From Mobula hypostoma (taxonomy: Eukaryota), in assembly GCF_963921235.1 (NCBI RefSeq), contig NC_086108.1, positions 28,522,001-28,586,000 of the forward strand: a stretch of 64,000 nt of DNA, read 5' to 3'. The notes beneath the pieces were generated by a model that searched no databases, was not told the origin of the DNA, and was given only the letters and a program-made list of their open reading frames with translations. Made by a program: the position numbers and the translations under genes. Each line of letters begins with the position of its first letter. Position 1 is the stretch's first letter. Below are positions 25,581 to 38,261 of this stretch, in pieces.

Positions 25581-27019
25581 GAAATAGATGCAACTTGTAC
25601 TCCGTAAAGTGACTTTGTTTGCTGCTTCTGTCTATATCCAATATTTTTTTTCTCCATCTTTCTTACAAAGCCTGAGTAGAACTGAAATGCTTCTAAAGAA
25701 TGTTATCACAATTTATATGTGTTTTGATCCAATGGCCACAACCCCAACTACTTTGTCATATATCACTTACAGACATGCCTGATAGTACTGTAATGCCATT
25801 TACCCAGCAGCTTACTCCTTTATTTATTTTCCATGTAGAAAACCATCTTGTGTGTCTAATCTCATGAGCAGTTAGACTGCTCCAGTACAGCCAGTACTGA
25901 TCTTGTTAGGTCCTAATAAAAATGTACTATAGTGTACACTGCTTTTAACTCCCTAACAGAGTTGAGTTTCTATGACACAAGCAATGCAACAATATGAATG
26001 GCTGTTTTTACTGTGCCCAGTAAATAGCTTAGCCCTTGAACTGTTTTTTTATATATATTTTTGACCAACCCATCAGTCGAGGGTCAGGGTCTTTTTTTGT
26101 GGATCATGAGCTAATGCTTCATGTGAGATTGATGGAATCAAGAAAATTGGATTGTGTCTACATTTAGTGGGCCATATAGTCATCCTATTAGTGGAACAGC
26201 AACAAAAAAAAACCTTTCAAATGCCAGTGAATCTTTGGAGTAGTAAGTAATAAAAACGTTAAAATGCAATAAATAAGTGTCAAAAAGTGCAATGCTGATA
26301 CTACAAATCTATATACAAAACCAAAAGTTGAACACCATCCTAAGTTCCCCTGTAATGCACCAATTTTCATTTAGGAAGAGACATAATCACCCACCATGAA
26401 AATAAAGGTAACTTTAAACTCACAGTCTGCTAAATGCTTGCAAAATCAATGTATTCACAATTCACCAAACATGGTTTGTGAATTGAATCCCAGAGGTCAG
26501 TGAGCCAGTGCCTGGTCCATGCTACAGCCTTCAGACCTTGCATCTGTGCAGAGACCACAATTAATGCTTCAGAAGCTCAGTGAGTATGTACTCCACAAAG
26601 CATCTTTCACATTGTGAACCACCGTACACCACACTTCTTCCTTCCAACTCAGAGTCAATATGCTTAAATCACATATCATTCCAAAGACAATGGGGCATTG
26701 CCAGACAGAACTTTCCTGACCGTGAGCCAGTGCTCAACCTAAGTTACCTTGCACCAGTACATAGCCCACACCTCCTGCCAACATGAGCCCATGCATAACC
26801 TTCGCTGTCTCCCTCTACCATTAGCCAATAACCAGCCTACTACACTGTAGTTGGCAATGTCCTCGCAGACACGTGCCAGTAGACAACCCACATTTCTTCC
26901 CAGATTGGGAGCACTTCAGAGCCAACACCAGACTGTCGGGCAAGTGCACATATCAAATTAATTTACAAATACTGAGAACCAGTATACCTTGCACGTTACT
27001 CCTCAGATATTGAGCTTAC

Positions 27020-27088
27020 CATACTGTTTGTGTAAGTAGCTGATCAACTGTAAAACACTGAAGTAGGATTTCATAATCTTCCATTCCC
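27020..27088 (-). CDS. Host gene exon (69 nt): EWKIMKSYFSVLQLISYLHKQY in frame B
   Basis: catgtttatag acceptor and G|gtaagc donor; phase-compatible with 20488-20572. Confidence 0.65.
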
Positions 27089-29108
27089 CTATAAACATGT
27101 GATGGTGCTTAAATGGAAGGATGGAAGGATGCTAAGAGCATTTCAATAAAAAATGTCAGACATCATAAAATAACTCAGTGTCTAGTGTTGTCAAGACTCT
27201 AAAGGCTAAATAATTCTTAGGACATGTGAATCATAAATCAAAGTATTTCTGATACAATTATGGAAACTAATCCACCCCACCAATTAAGTGAATGGTACTA
27301 GAAGCCTATGAATATATCATAGGCAGTTGAACTAACAAGAGGAGATCAAAGTTCCAGTGAAAGCACATCAAGGTTGTCACGAATTACGTGAATTTCCTCA
27401 CTGAATAAACACCTTAGAATTTAAAATTACTGAATTAGATGTGATCCTATATTGGTTAGCAATGAAGCTGATCTGATGCAGAATATTGGATCACTAACTA
27501 TTATGAATAAATTACTTTGATAAAAGGCAGAATGGTGTCAAGACATTAGTTTAGATATACCCCAGTGTGTAAAAAATGGCAAGGTGGCACTGCATGCCAG
27601 ATCTGTGATTGTTTGGATTCAGGTTGGAGAGGAAAGACATTCTGCTTCACATGAATCAGGACTCTGCAGCCACCTAGCATAAAAAATACATCCTCAACTT
27701 CAAATCAGATAAGCTTGAAAACAATCCGTGACTGGGGTGCTGCTTTGTAGTGGATTTTCCACAAGGTATTTGGGAATAATATACTGGGCATGAAGTAAAT
27801 CTAGTGAGCAACTATACATGGTGGCAGAGGTGAATTTAGTGGAATTCCAGTTAATTGGAACACATTGGGACCAGTACATTTTGACCTAATAAGCGACTGC
27901 CCCAATTAGCCAAAGTTTTATGGAAATAATTCAAAGATATAATAGACAAACTACTGTTTAATTGACTAACAATTTATATATTTCTTTTTATTTTTTTTGC
28001 TCAGCATAACAAAACTCTCAATTTCCAGATACATTTACATTTCTTCCCCACTCAGATATCAGCTATCAGAACACTTCCATCAAAATAATCACCACAACAT
28101 CCTGTACAAAAGCCCTTATTACTACAGCAGACAGGTTTACATCTACACACTGCAGAAAAGGTTGCCATGTTTTATGAGAACTATTTGTTTTTGAGTGTAC
28201 CATACATGCCAAAAAGTCCAAAGGAATGTATTCCATGATTAATTTACGCCAACCAAAAAGTCCAGGGGTCTTATCGGATATCCAACAAAGTGAAATGTTC
28301 TTCCTCGCACAAAAAGCCAGGAAGTTAAAAAGTTTTTTCTGATGTGCATTAATAATACGACTGCTGGGAAGCCTAGGAGAAAAGGCACTGAGACCAGTTC
28401 AAGCTCCATCTTCAGAATATTTTGCATTTCACCCAAAATATCATTCCAGTATGCCTGAAGTTTGGGACAAGTCCAAAAACAGTGGGTGAAAGTTCCAGTA
28501 TTTACTTTACATTTAGAACACACTGGAGAAACCCCGTCTTAAATTTCGAGAGACGATCTAGAGTCAGATGGGCTCTTTGCAGAATTTTGAGTTGCAATGC
28601 TTTAGTTCTATTACAAACAGAAATTTCCTTTGCATTATCACAGATGTCTTCCCATGTTTCAGCTGTAATTTCTACTCCCAGCTCTTCCTCCCAGACCCTT
28701 CCCAGCTGCTCAGCCTCTCCACAAGAACATTCCCTCAGGATGCCGTAAAAAGTACTAATGGAGACTTCACCCTTAGAACAAAATACCCTCTTTTCTATGT
28801 CAGAACTATAGAAATCAGTTAACAATGATGTTTTCTCCTGTATATAATCTCTTATCTGAAAGAAACAAAAAAGATCCTTGTTTGCTATGTTAAATTTCTG
28901 TACTATTTGACTAAAAGATATCATCGTTCCTTCATCAAACAAATCTCCTAGATGGAAAATACCCTTAGAAATCCAAAGTTTAAATCCAGAATCCATTATG
29001 CCAGGCTGAAAATCTGGACTGCCGGTTATTGGAGTGAAGGGTGATAATTTCGCTGCGTTAACCTCAATTTGTCACACCGCCCTCCAAGCCCTGACTGTAT
29101 TAATTGTT

Positions 29109-29654
29109 AACATGAGGAAGTCTGCAGGCGCTGGAAATTCAAGCAACACACACAAAATGCTGGTGAATGCAGCAGGCCAGGCAGCATCTATAGGAAGAGG
29201 TGCAGTCGACGTTTCAGGCCGAGACCCTTCGTCAGGACTAACTGAAGGAAGAGCTAGTAAGAGATTTGAAAGTGGGAGGGGGAGGGGGAGATCAAAAACG
29301 ATAGGAGAAAACAAGAGAGGGAGGGATGTAGCCAAGAGCTGGACAGGTGATTGGCAAAAGGGATATGAGAGGATCATGGGACAGGAGGCCCAGGGAGAAG
29401 GAAAAAGGGGGAGGGGAGAAAAACCCAGAGGATGGGCAAGGGGCCCCCATCCGTTATTTATTTATATCTCATACCCCATCCGTTATTTATTTATATCTCT
29501 AACTTCTGCTAATGCCCCACCTCCCCCTCATACCCCATCTGTTATTTATTTATATAAACACATTCTTTCCCTCTCTCTCTCTCTCTCCCCTTTTTCTCCC
29601 TCTGTCCCTCTGACTATACCCCTTGCCCATCCTCTGGGTTTTTCCCCCCTCCCC
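29109..29654 (-). mobile_element. Penelope-derived element with partial inverted copy, inside L1 ORF2
   Basis: Reverse complement of the 1495-1895 family. 29445-29654 is an inverted, rearranged copy (ccccatccgttatttatttatat-like x3; ccccttgcccatcctctgggt inverted to ~29423-29443). Confidence 0.85.
29204..29239 (-). ncRNA. Minimal hammerhead ribozyme motif (intact core)
   Basis: Reverse complement: agtc-CTGACGA-agggtctcggcct-GAAA-cGTC-gact. Confidence 0.7.
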
Positions 29655-32113
29655 ACTAGAGTGAAAAGTAGTGGTGATAAAGGGCAGCCCTGCCAGCTGA
29701 CCCTCAGAATACTAAAATTATCCGACCTAACACCATTAGTGAAAATCGCAGCCAAAGGATCATTATAAAGAACCTTTACCCACTTAATAAAATTATTGCC
29801 CAAACCAAATCATTCTAAAGTGAAAAAAAGATACGGCCATTTGACACGATCAAAGGCCTTTTCTGCATCTAAGGAAACCACCAAGTCGTCCACTGCCTGT
29901 TGCTGACATGCCTGAATCACATTAAGTAATCTTCTGATATTGTTAGATGATCTACGGCCTTTTACAAAACCCGTTTGATCCTCTTTTATGATAAAAGGTA
30001 ACACAGTTTCTAATCACAACGCTAAGGTTTTAGATAAAATTTTGAAGTCAACATTTAACAATGAAATAGGCCTGTAGGAGGGACAATCTTCACGGCTCTT
30101 TCCTTTCTTAAGAATTAGGGAGATATTAGCTTCTCTCAATGATGGTGGGAGGAGACCACAATTAAATGCATGATTGAACATGTTTAGCATAGGCTCTGAT
30201 AATAACCCTGTGATCTCTTTATAGAATTCACTAGTGAGTCCATCAGGATCAGGGGTCTTCCCACTTTGGAGCTGTCTCACAGCTTCCTGTATCTCATGTA
30301 TAGATAACAGAGCATTGAGGAGGAACTCCTGTTCAGAAGAAATGCCTAGGAGATCTAAATTCCTGAAAAAGGACTCCATCCTAGATTGTCCATCATTACA
30401 TTGCTCAGATTGATACAATTTAGAATAAAAATTCTTAAACACAACATTAAACATTTTAGAATTACTAGTGAGGGCTCCTGCCCCATCCCTAATTGAAGCA
30501 ATAGTCTGAGAGGCATTTTTCTTTCTAGCTAAATATGCCAAATACCTACCTGGTCTTTCACCATCTTCTAACAATCATTGTTTAGCAGATGTAAATTTTC
30601 TTTTGGCTTGTGTAAGTAAAGAGTTTAGTATATAGCGTAGGGCTGTGATATTCTGTAACCTGGCTGCAGAAGGCTTATTAATATAATCCTTTCCAGCTGC
30701 CGCAAGCCTTGCTTGCACTAGGCGCTGATGTTCTGCAGCTTGTCGCTTCTTACCAACAGAGTAGGAGATAATTAATCCCCTTGCATAGGCCTTAATGGTT
30801 TCCCAGAGCATCGATGGACTACTAGCAGATCTGAAATTAATAGATAGGAACGTTTTGAATTCGGAAGTAAAGTAGTCTATAAATTTATTATCTTTTAGAA
30901 TAAAAGGATTCAGCCTCCAATGTCTAGATCGTGCTGAATTATCTTTGGGCTTAATATTTAAATATACTGCTGCATGGTCAGAAATAGCAATATTTCCAAC
31001 TGTGCTGGATACAACTAAATCTAGGAGCATTTTGGGGGTTAGAACAAAGTCTATTCTGGTGTAACACTTGTGTGGATTAGAAAAAAATGTGAAGTCTTTG
31101 TCTGAGGGATATAACAACCTCCAGACATCCACAAGTCCTAGTTCTCCACATAAGCCCATGAATTGTTTGGACTGTGAGGAGAGCAATGGGGGACCACCAG
31201 GCACTCTGTCCATCAATGCATCCATGAGACAATTAAAATCCCCACCTAAAATAATATTTTGTATTGAAAAGCTTGTAAGTTTGGAAAAAGCATCTATTAG
31301 GAATTTGAGAGAATGAGCTGGAGGGCAGTAAACATTGAGAATACCATATTCCTCTCCATATATTGACGCCTTAACAATCACAAATCTCCCATACCTATCC
31401 TTAATGCAGTCTAATAACTTAAAAGGTAAGTTCTTCCTAATAAAAATGGCGACCCCCCCCCCCCACTCCTGGTATTAAAAGATGAAAAATAGACTTGATC
31501 AAATCCACTCTGTTGCAGTTTTAGATGTTCTTTATCATTTAAATTAGTCTCCTGCAATGAGGCTGTGTCCACCCTTTCCTTTTTCAGGTTCAGTAGGATT
31601 TTCTTTCTCTTGATTGGTGAATGACTCCCCTTAATGTTCCAAGTGCACAATTTTAATATATTACTGGTCATAACCCCTTAAAAACAATCATTTGACTCCA
31701 GAGGAGAAGAAACCTGACTTAAGATCAGCCGAGCAGCAATAAGTTAATAAAAAAAACACAGAAAAAACAAGGCACCAACAGCGCTAAACAAGAGGACATA
31801 CCCCACTCTTAAAGGGGATATCTGAACCTTCCAGCACCCCATATTTTGCCCCACTGCCAATACGGCATTTAACATAGTCAAAAATGAAAACAGGGCATAA
31901 TTTGTGAATCCACCGATTTGTTACCATCATGTTTAAGCTCCTTCAGGCTAGAGCAGCAGCGCTAATTTAAACAAATAATGAAACAATATTAATCAAAACA
32001 AACACGTAACCCATCCTATAAGATATCTTGCCGTCGAGTAATGAAAAGGTAAAATAAAGCAACCATCGAGTATGTTATCATTCATAACCAGCGCTACACT
32101 ATGTATAGATTCT

Positions 32114-32860
32114 TTAGCCCAATGTGTCCACAAAAGTTTTAACTTTGTCAAGAGAATCAAATATCTTGGTGGCCCCATTGTAGGTGATTTTCAGCGCCGC
32201 TGGGTATAGCATAAAGTACTGGATTCCGGATTCTCTCAGCCGCTTCTTTACCTGGTCGAATTCCTTGCGCTTCCGAATAACAGCTGCCGAAAAATCTTGA
32301 AAAAACATAAGTCTGGATCCCTCATATATTAAAGCCAGGGCATCAGTCCCGTGGCGTCTCGAAGCCTCCATCACTCTTTGCTTATCACCTGAATTATGGA
32401 ACCGCATGAGGACATGTCGAGGGTGTTGGGTGTGGGCCCGGTTTTGGAGCCAGCGTACGATGAACTCTTTCCACTTTAATACGTCCAACCTTGGTTTCCA
32501 AATCAAGGAAATTAGTCAGCCAGCCCTCAAAAAACTTCACAGGCTGGCTGCCTTCTGTACCTTTAGGTAGACGGATGATCCGTATGTTCTTCCTGCTACC
32601 TCTATTCTCAAGATCATCAAGATGGTCAGACAGGCTTTGAACTTGCTTTTCTAGCGCCCGGATGCGGCTTTGAGCTTGATCACCTACAGTCTCTACCGTG
32701 GAGACTCGGCCCAGTCGTTCTTGTATCAAGATTGTTACGCTCCAATGTGTGGTTCTGGAGTATTAGAGAGAGTGGACCCAGCTTCTCGTCCATCACTTTG
32801 GATATGTTCTCCGCAGCTCAAAAAAAATACTCATCAATGTTTATGTTATTAAATCTGACA
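32114..32860 (-). pseudogene. L1 ORF1p, frameshifted
   Basis: LDDLENRGSRKNIRIIRLPKG..ERVHR; FFQDFSAAVIRKRKEF..MLYPAALKITYNG. 5' boundary approximate. Confidence 0.85.
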
Positions 32861-33725
32861 CCTGGACATTTTTTTTTAAAGTTGAAACAGATAGGTTTAT
32901 ATGCGAAATTATCAGTGTTGCGGTGCTAAGCTCAGCAAAGCAGACCTCTCACTGTGCCACCATCTTGAAAAACCCCAACAATTTATATATTTAAATGAAA
33001 TACAGAACAAATTAGTACACTGCCAATACCTCTGCAGTAGTATAAAGCTGTATATTAGTTCCTAATAGTTATTGATGGAGGAACTCATCTGCCTTATTCC
33101 TTTGACTGTAAATAAACTAAATTAGCAGTTACCTAGTGTAGATAATGGACTGCTTTCATACAATGCTTTAGACGATTGCATCCTCCAAATCTTCATTTAC
33201 ATTGTAACATCCAAGATGATTGTAGATACCTTCAAATTCTTTGTAATTCCTAACTTGTTGAAGTAGTGAAATTGTTTCATTTCCACCCCCAGACAGCTCT
33301 GGCATCTCTAAGCCTGAACGCTTGAAACCACAGTGAGCAAAACAATTCAGAATTGTCTTACTGCTTATTTCTTGCCAATTATCCGTAACAAAAATCTGTG
33401 TCTTTTTGAACCACAAACTCATCAACTGATGCTACTTCAAAACTGATTGCCCTTAGCACAGTGTAGTGTCTAATGACCACGCAAATCCACACGACTGACA
33501 CAAGTTAGAGACTGTTCAGCAACAGTCCTGCCCTAATTAAGCAGCACGTGTGCCAAATAAATTAAGGAAATCCCGGCTAGTTTCTTGATTTATTTTTTGT
33601 TCTTAAGAGCTGTCCCAAACAAACAGCTACCCCTATTAACCAGTAGCCCAATTGACTGGAATCCAATGTACTTGGAACAGAAATCATGATAGTCACAACC
33701 CCTTCTCATGTAGAAAAGATCCTAC

Positions 33726-33750
33726 CTTGAAAAATACTCCTTGAAACGTC
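33726..33750 (-). CDS. Candidate 25-nt micro-exon of the host gene
   Basis: ctttaatcttctag acceptor and AAG|gtagga donor; open in all frames; joins exon 27088 as DVSRSIFQG (frame B) or RFKEYFSR (frame A). Confidence 0.3.
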
Positions 33751-34261
33751 CTAGAAGATTAAAGTAGAATCTTCACTACTAGACATCCACACAGTGGATC
33801 AAGCTGAGCTGGAGCCCTTAATACAACTGCAAACCCTGAACTTCAACAACAGCACATTGGTCTGTTTTAACTCACAATTCTTTCAGTTCTGGGTTATCTA
33901 TCTAAATTTAACCCAGCACATTGGAAGGAGGAAAAATTCTACTTTCAACTATTTGTAGAGATTTTGCATGATATGAGATTTGATGGCCTTAAGCAACTAA
34001 ACCAATCACAGGTCCACAAAATGAATTTGTCCAAAATACCTCAAATGACCAGTTTTAGAGAGGCTATTAAAATGCCCCGAACAGGGTTAGGAAAAGTTAT
34101 TTTGGTACAGTAAGGATTTTAATTTCTGGTTGATATTACAAAGCAAAACTGTGCGAGCTGGTTTAGCACTGGACCACAGATAAATTGTAAAGAAGTATCA
34201 AAAAGTTAAACAGATGATAAAAATGTAAAACCTTCCATTCCTAAGACTGAAATCCAATCAC

Positions 34262-35930
34262 TAGAACATAGAATAGTACAGAGTAGAAACAGGCCCTTCA
34301 GCCCACAATATTATGCCAAACTAAATACATTAGTAAACAAATGGCCAACTAAACTAATCCCCTCTAGCTAAACAATGTCTATATCCTTTCTGTACCCTCA
34401 CATTCATGTGCCTATCCAAATGTCTCTTAAAAGTGTCCAATGTATCTGCCTCATCACCACTGTGTAAAAAAACTTGCCCCTCACATCTCCGTTGAATTTA
34501 CCCCACTTCACCTTAAATGCATGCCCTCTGGTTTTAGACATTTCAATCACAGGAAACAGATACAGTTTACTCTATCTATGCCTCCCTTAATCTTGTAAAC
34601 CTCTATCAGATTTCCCCTTTGGCTCTGCAGCTCCAAAAAAAACAACCAAGTTTATTCAACCTCTCATTATAGCACATGCCCTCCTAATCCAGACAGCATC
34701 CTGGTAAACCTCTTCTGCACCCTCTCTAAAGCCTCAACATTCTTCCTGTAATGAGGCAACCAAGACTGTATGCAATACTCCATATGCGACCTAACTAGAG
34801 TTTTGACTAATAAGAGCAAGCATGCCATATGCATTCTTAACTCCCTACGCTATCTACAATATCACTGATCTTCATACAATCTGCAAACTTACTAACCCAC
34901 CCATTTATATACATCATAAACAGCAGAGGTCCCAGTACAGATCCCTGCGGAACATCATTAATCACAGGTCTCCCACTAGAATAAGTCCATTCGACCTCTA
35001 GCCTCTGCCTTCTATGGGCAAGCCAGTTCTGTATCCAAACAGCCAATTCACCATTGATCCCACACATCTTAATCATCTGAATGAGCCTCCCATGAGGGAC
35101 CTTGTCAAATGCCTTAATAAAATCCACATAGACACCATTCACAGCTCAGTCTTCATTAATCACCTTTGTCACCTCATCAAAATCTCAATCAAGTTGATAA
35201 GACATGATTTGCCCCAAACAAAGCCTTGCTGGGTCTCCCTTATTAGGCCATAGTTTTCTAAATGCTTAGAATTCCTGGTGAGCATGTGGCCAAGTGGTTA
35301 AGGCATTGGACTAGCGACCTGAAGGTCGTGAGTTCGAGCCCCAGCCGAGGCAATGTGTTGTGTCTATGAGCAAGGCACTTAATCACACATTGCACTGCGA
35401 CGACACTGGTGCCAAGCTGTATGGGTCCTAATGCCCTTCCCTTGGACAACATTGGTGTTGTGGAGAGGGGAGACTTGCAGCATGGGCAACTGCTGGTCTT
35501 CCATAAACCTTGCCCAGGCCTGCGCCCTGGAGAGTGAAGACTCTCCATGGTCACGCAAGACTAACGGATGCCTTTAATATAATTCCTACCCTAAGAATTC
35601 TCTCCAGTAACTTCCCTGCCTCTGACGTGAGACTCACCAGTTTATAGTTTCTAGGATTATCCCTGGTTCCCTTCTTGAATAATGGAACAACATTAGCTAC
35701 TCGCCTGTCCTCCAGGACATCACCTGTACCTAGGCAGGACACAAAGACATTGGTCAAGGCCTCAGCAATCTCTTCACTTGCCTCTCTCAATGACCTGAAG
35801 TATATCCCATCAGCTCCAGGGGAGCTATCCAGCACCACCTCTTCCTTTACCTGAAAATGTATTTGCATATTAATACTCTTGGCTACAATCTCCCAATCCT
35901 CGATGTCCTTCTCCTTAGTAAATATTGATG
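34262..35930 (-). mobile_element. CR1 LINE, decayed, containing a SINE
   Basis: VYVDFIKAFDKVPHGRL..VPQGSVLGPLLF..SKFAD; VANVVPLFKKGTRDNPRNYKLVSLTS; agaacatagaat tail. Confidence 0.9.
35277..35580 (+). mobile_element. tRNA-derived SINE
   Basis: A box TGGCCAAGTGG (35287-35297), B box GAGTTCGAGCC (35330-35340), gagcaaggcactt linker; 7-bp TSD aattcct (35270-35276, 35581-35587). Confidence 0.9.
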
Positions 35931-35984
35931 CTTGACATGAAGGAGGATCAGATTCAATTTTGTAAATATACCTACATTCAATAT

Positions 35985-36945
35985 TCATAGTCATGGAGTC
36001 ATAGAACACTACAGCTTAGAAACAGGCCCTTTGGCCAATCTAGTCTGTGCCAAACCATTAATCTGCCTAATCCCATCGACCTGCACTGGGACCATAGTCC
36101 TCCATACGCTTCCTATCCAAGTACCTATCCAAACTTCTCTTAAATGTTGAAAGTGAACCCACATCCACCACTTGTGCTGGCAGCTCATTCCACACTCACC
36201 ATCCTCTGAATGAAGAAGTTCTCCCTCATATTCTCCTTAAATGTTTTACCTTTCATCCTTTATCTACTTGTAGTCTCACCCACATCAGTAGAAAAAGACT
36301 GCTGGCATTTACCCTATCTATATCTCATAATTTTGAATACAGTTCCTCTATCAAATCTTCCCTCAATCCTCTCAGTTCTAGGAAATAAATCCTAAACCTA
36401 CTCAACCTTTCTTTATAACTCAGGTCCTCAAGTCCTGGCAACATCCTTGTAAATTTTCTCTGTACACTTTCAGTCTTATTCACATCTTTGCTATTGGTAG
36501 GTGACCAAAACTTCAAACAATGCTCCAAATTAGGCCTCACCAACATCTTACACCATTTAACATAGCATCCCAATCCCTGTAGTCAATACATTGACTTATG
36601 AAGGCCAATGCACCAAAAACTTTCTTTACAACCAATCTACCTGTATCATGACTTTCAAGGAATTATAGTTTTGTATTCCCAGGTATCTGTGTTCTACCAC
36701 ACTCCTCTGTGCCCTGGTACTCACTGTCTAAGACCTACCCTAGTTGGTCCTTCCAAAGTGCAACACCTCACACCCATCTGCATGAAATTCAATCTGGCAC
36801 TTTTGGTGGTCCAGATCCTGCTGCAAGCTTTGATAGTCTTCTTCACTGTCCACTACACTCCTACTCTTGGGGTCATCTATAAATTTACTGATCTAGTTCA
36901 GTACATTATCATCCAGGTCATTGATATTGATGAAGAACACCAATA
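35985..36945 (-). mobile_element. CR1 LINE 3' fragment
   Basis: LVRPNLEHCLKFWSP..VQRKFTRMLPGLEDLSYKERL; catagtcatggagtcatagaac tail. Confidence 0.85.
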
Positions 36946-37734
36946 GTCTTTGCCCTTTCATTTTATGGCTAATAGACTCAATGTTTTGCAGGAATTCAAT
37001 CAGGTCCTCGTGAACCAATTTATTTTCACAAGGAAGAAAGCACTGCCTGGGGTTATGTCTTGGAAAGTTCATGCTCCAATCTTCTATCTGCACTGAGTTG
37101 CTCAACCTCAGCTGGTTCTTAGGCCTTGTATAGGTGAAATAAAAATCAATTACAACTCCTATTCCTGATTGTAATTTCTACTGAACAACCCACTGTGCTG
37201 CTCTTGGCTAAGGACAGGGTTAACCCCAGCAATGACAATTCTGTGATCTGTCACTGTCAGAGTTTGCATGGTAGGATAGTATATGGGTGTTAAAGATACT
37301 TGGAGATCAGAATATGAGCAGACATTATCAAGTCATAGGAGGAAAGAAGATGTCTGAAAAAAAATCAGGATCATATTCTTCACCACTTTCTTCATTGGAA
37401 CAAATGTATTAATTTGTTTATATGAAAATCCTTTCAGTACACTCACCCCAACCTACTGCTTGGAAAGAACACTCTTTCAGGATTATGACCCTGTCATTCC
37501 TTTATCCCCATCCTTATTTTCTACCTTGGCATTTACCAAAGGTAAACTGTACGTTTTGGGTGCATCTGTAATGCTTAGCTATCAAGATGGGGTGATGTGA
37601 GTCTCCATAGAGCAGGGATTTCCAACCTGGTGTCCAAGGATCACTCGGTTAATGGAATGGATAAAAAGTATAAACATGGTTGGGAACCCCTGCCATAGAG
37701 CTACTTCAGGGTACTCCTGAAGAAAATATTTGCA

Positions 37735-37930
37735 GACTGGCAGATGCTTGTGAACAAAGAACAATCAATGCAAAGACACAGCAGGTCAGGCAATATCAGT
37801 GGCGAAGGAAACAGAATCAACGTTTCAGGTCAAGGACCCTTTATCAGAACTGGAAGTATACTATGACAAGCATAATGAGTTGTGGTGTGGGGGTGGGGGG
37901 TTAGGGATGGAGTACAAAGGGAATGTCTGC
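37735..37930 (-). mobile_element. Penelope-derived repeat with mutated hammerhead (~37816-37851)
   Basis: Reverse complement agtt-CTGATAA-agggtccttgacct-GAAA-cGTT-gatt; one core G is changed. Confidence 0.6.
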
Positions 37931-38261
37931 GATAGTTTGCAGACCAAAGTTGTCACAAGAACAGTAACTTTTAAAATGAGCAAAAGAGGAAAGAAACAAA
38001 AAGGAAATTGTAGCAGAAACAGAAACTAATATCTAACAAAATACTTGTAGAATCTTAGCTCCTATTCTCAAGGACAAGGGAAGCAAGATCCCAAAAGCTA
38101 ACAGGGAAATTACTGTGTTGCTTAATTCTTTTAATCTATGAAGCAGTAAGAATGGATGTGATCAGTTCTATCTTGTAATTGTCATTATATCATCAGAATG
38201 CAATCATATTGGGATCTTCCTTTTTACTGACACCAGGTATCAGACTTTCTTATTCACAGTA

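Larger units (their letters stand above)
28190..31671 (-). pseudogene. L1 ORF2p (APE-RT-CCHC), with stops, frameshifts and a deletion
   Basis: TWNIKG..QETNL, GGDFN, RIDF, SDH, WRLN (APE); YRPISLLNVDFKI, SLDAEKAFD, QGCPLSPLLF (RT); CSKC..THCFWTCP (CCHC). Confidence 0.9.
27984..32976 (-). mobile_element. L1-clade LINE with both termini (decayed, internal deletion)
   Basis: 16-bp TSD aacaatttatatattt (27968-27983, 32977-32992); short poly(A) at 27984-27998; 5' end ggggtttttcaagatggtgg; ORF1 and ORF2 remnants. Confidence 0.95.
27837..33668 (-). mobile_element. Non-autonomous Tigger/pogo (copy 2), split by the L1 insertion
   Basis: Termini tagtggaattccagttaattgg and ccaattgactggaatccaatg+ta. WQEISSKTILNCFAHCGFK (33168-33425) resembles the Tigger/TIGD DDE C-terminal motif. 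Confidence 0.8.

Noticed and set aside
14074..27088. Assigning a gene symbol (ABCG-, ERMP1- or PHD-like resemblance)
   Set aside because: Only vague compositional similarity; needs a database search.
29034..29768. 244-aa plus-strand ORF
   Set aside because: Chimeric read-through of antisense L1 and low-complexity Penelope-derived sequence.
35277..35350. tRNA gene
   Set aside because: A/B boxes run into a SINE body with a TSD; no convincing acceptor stem or T-run terminator.
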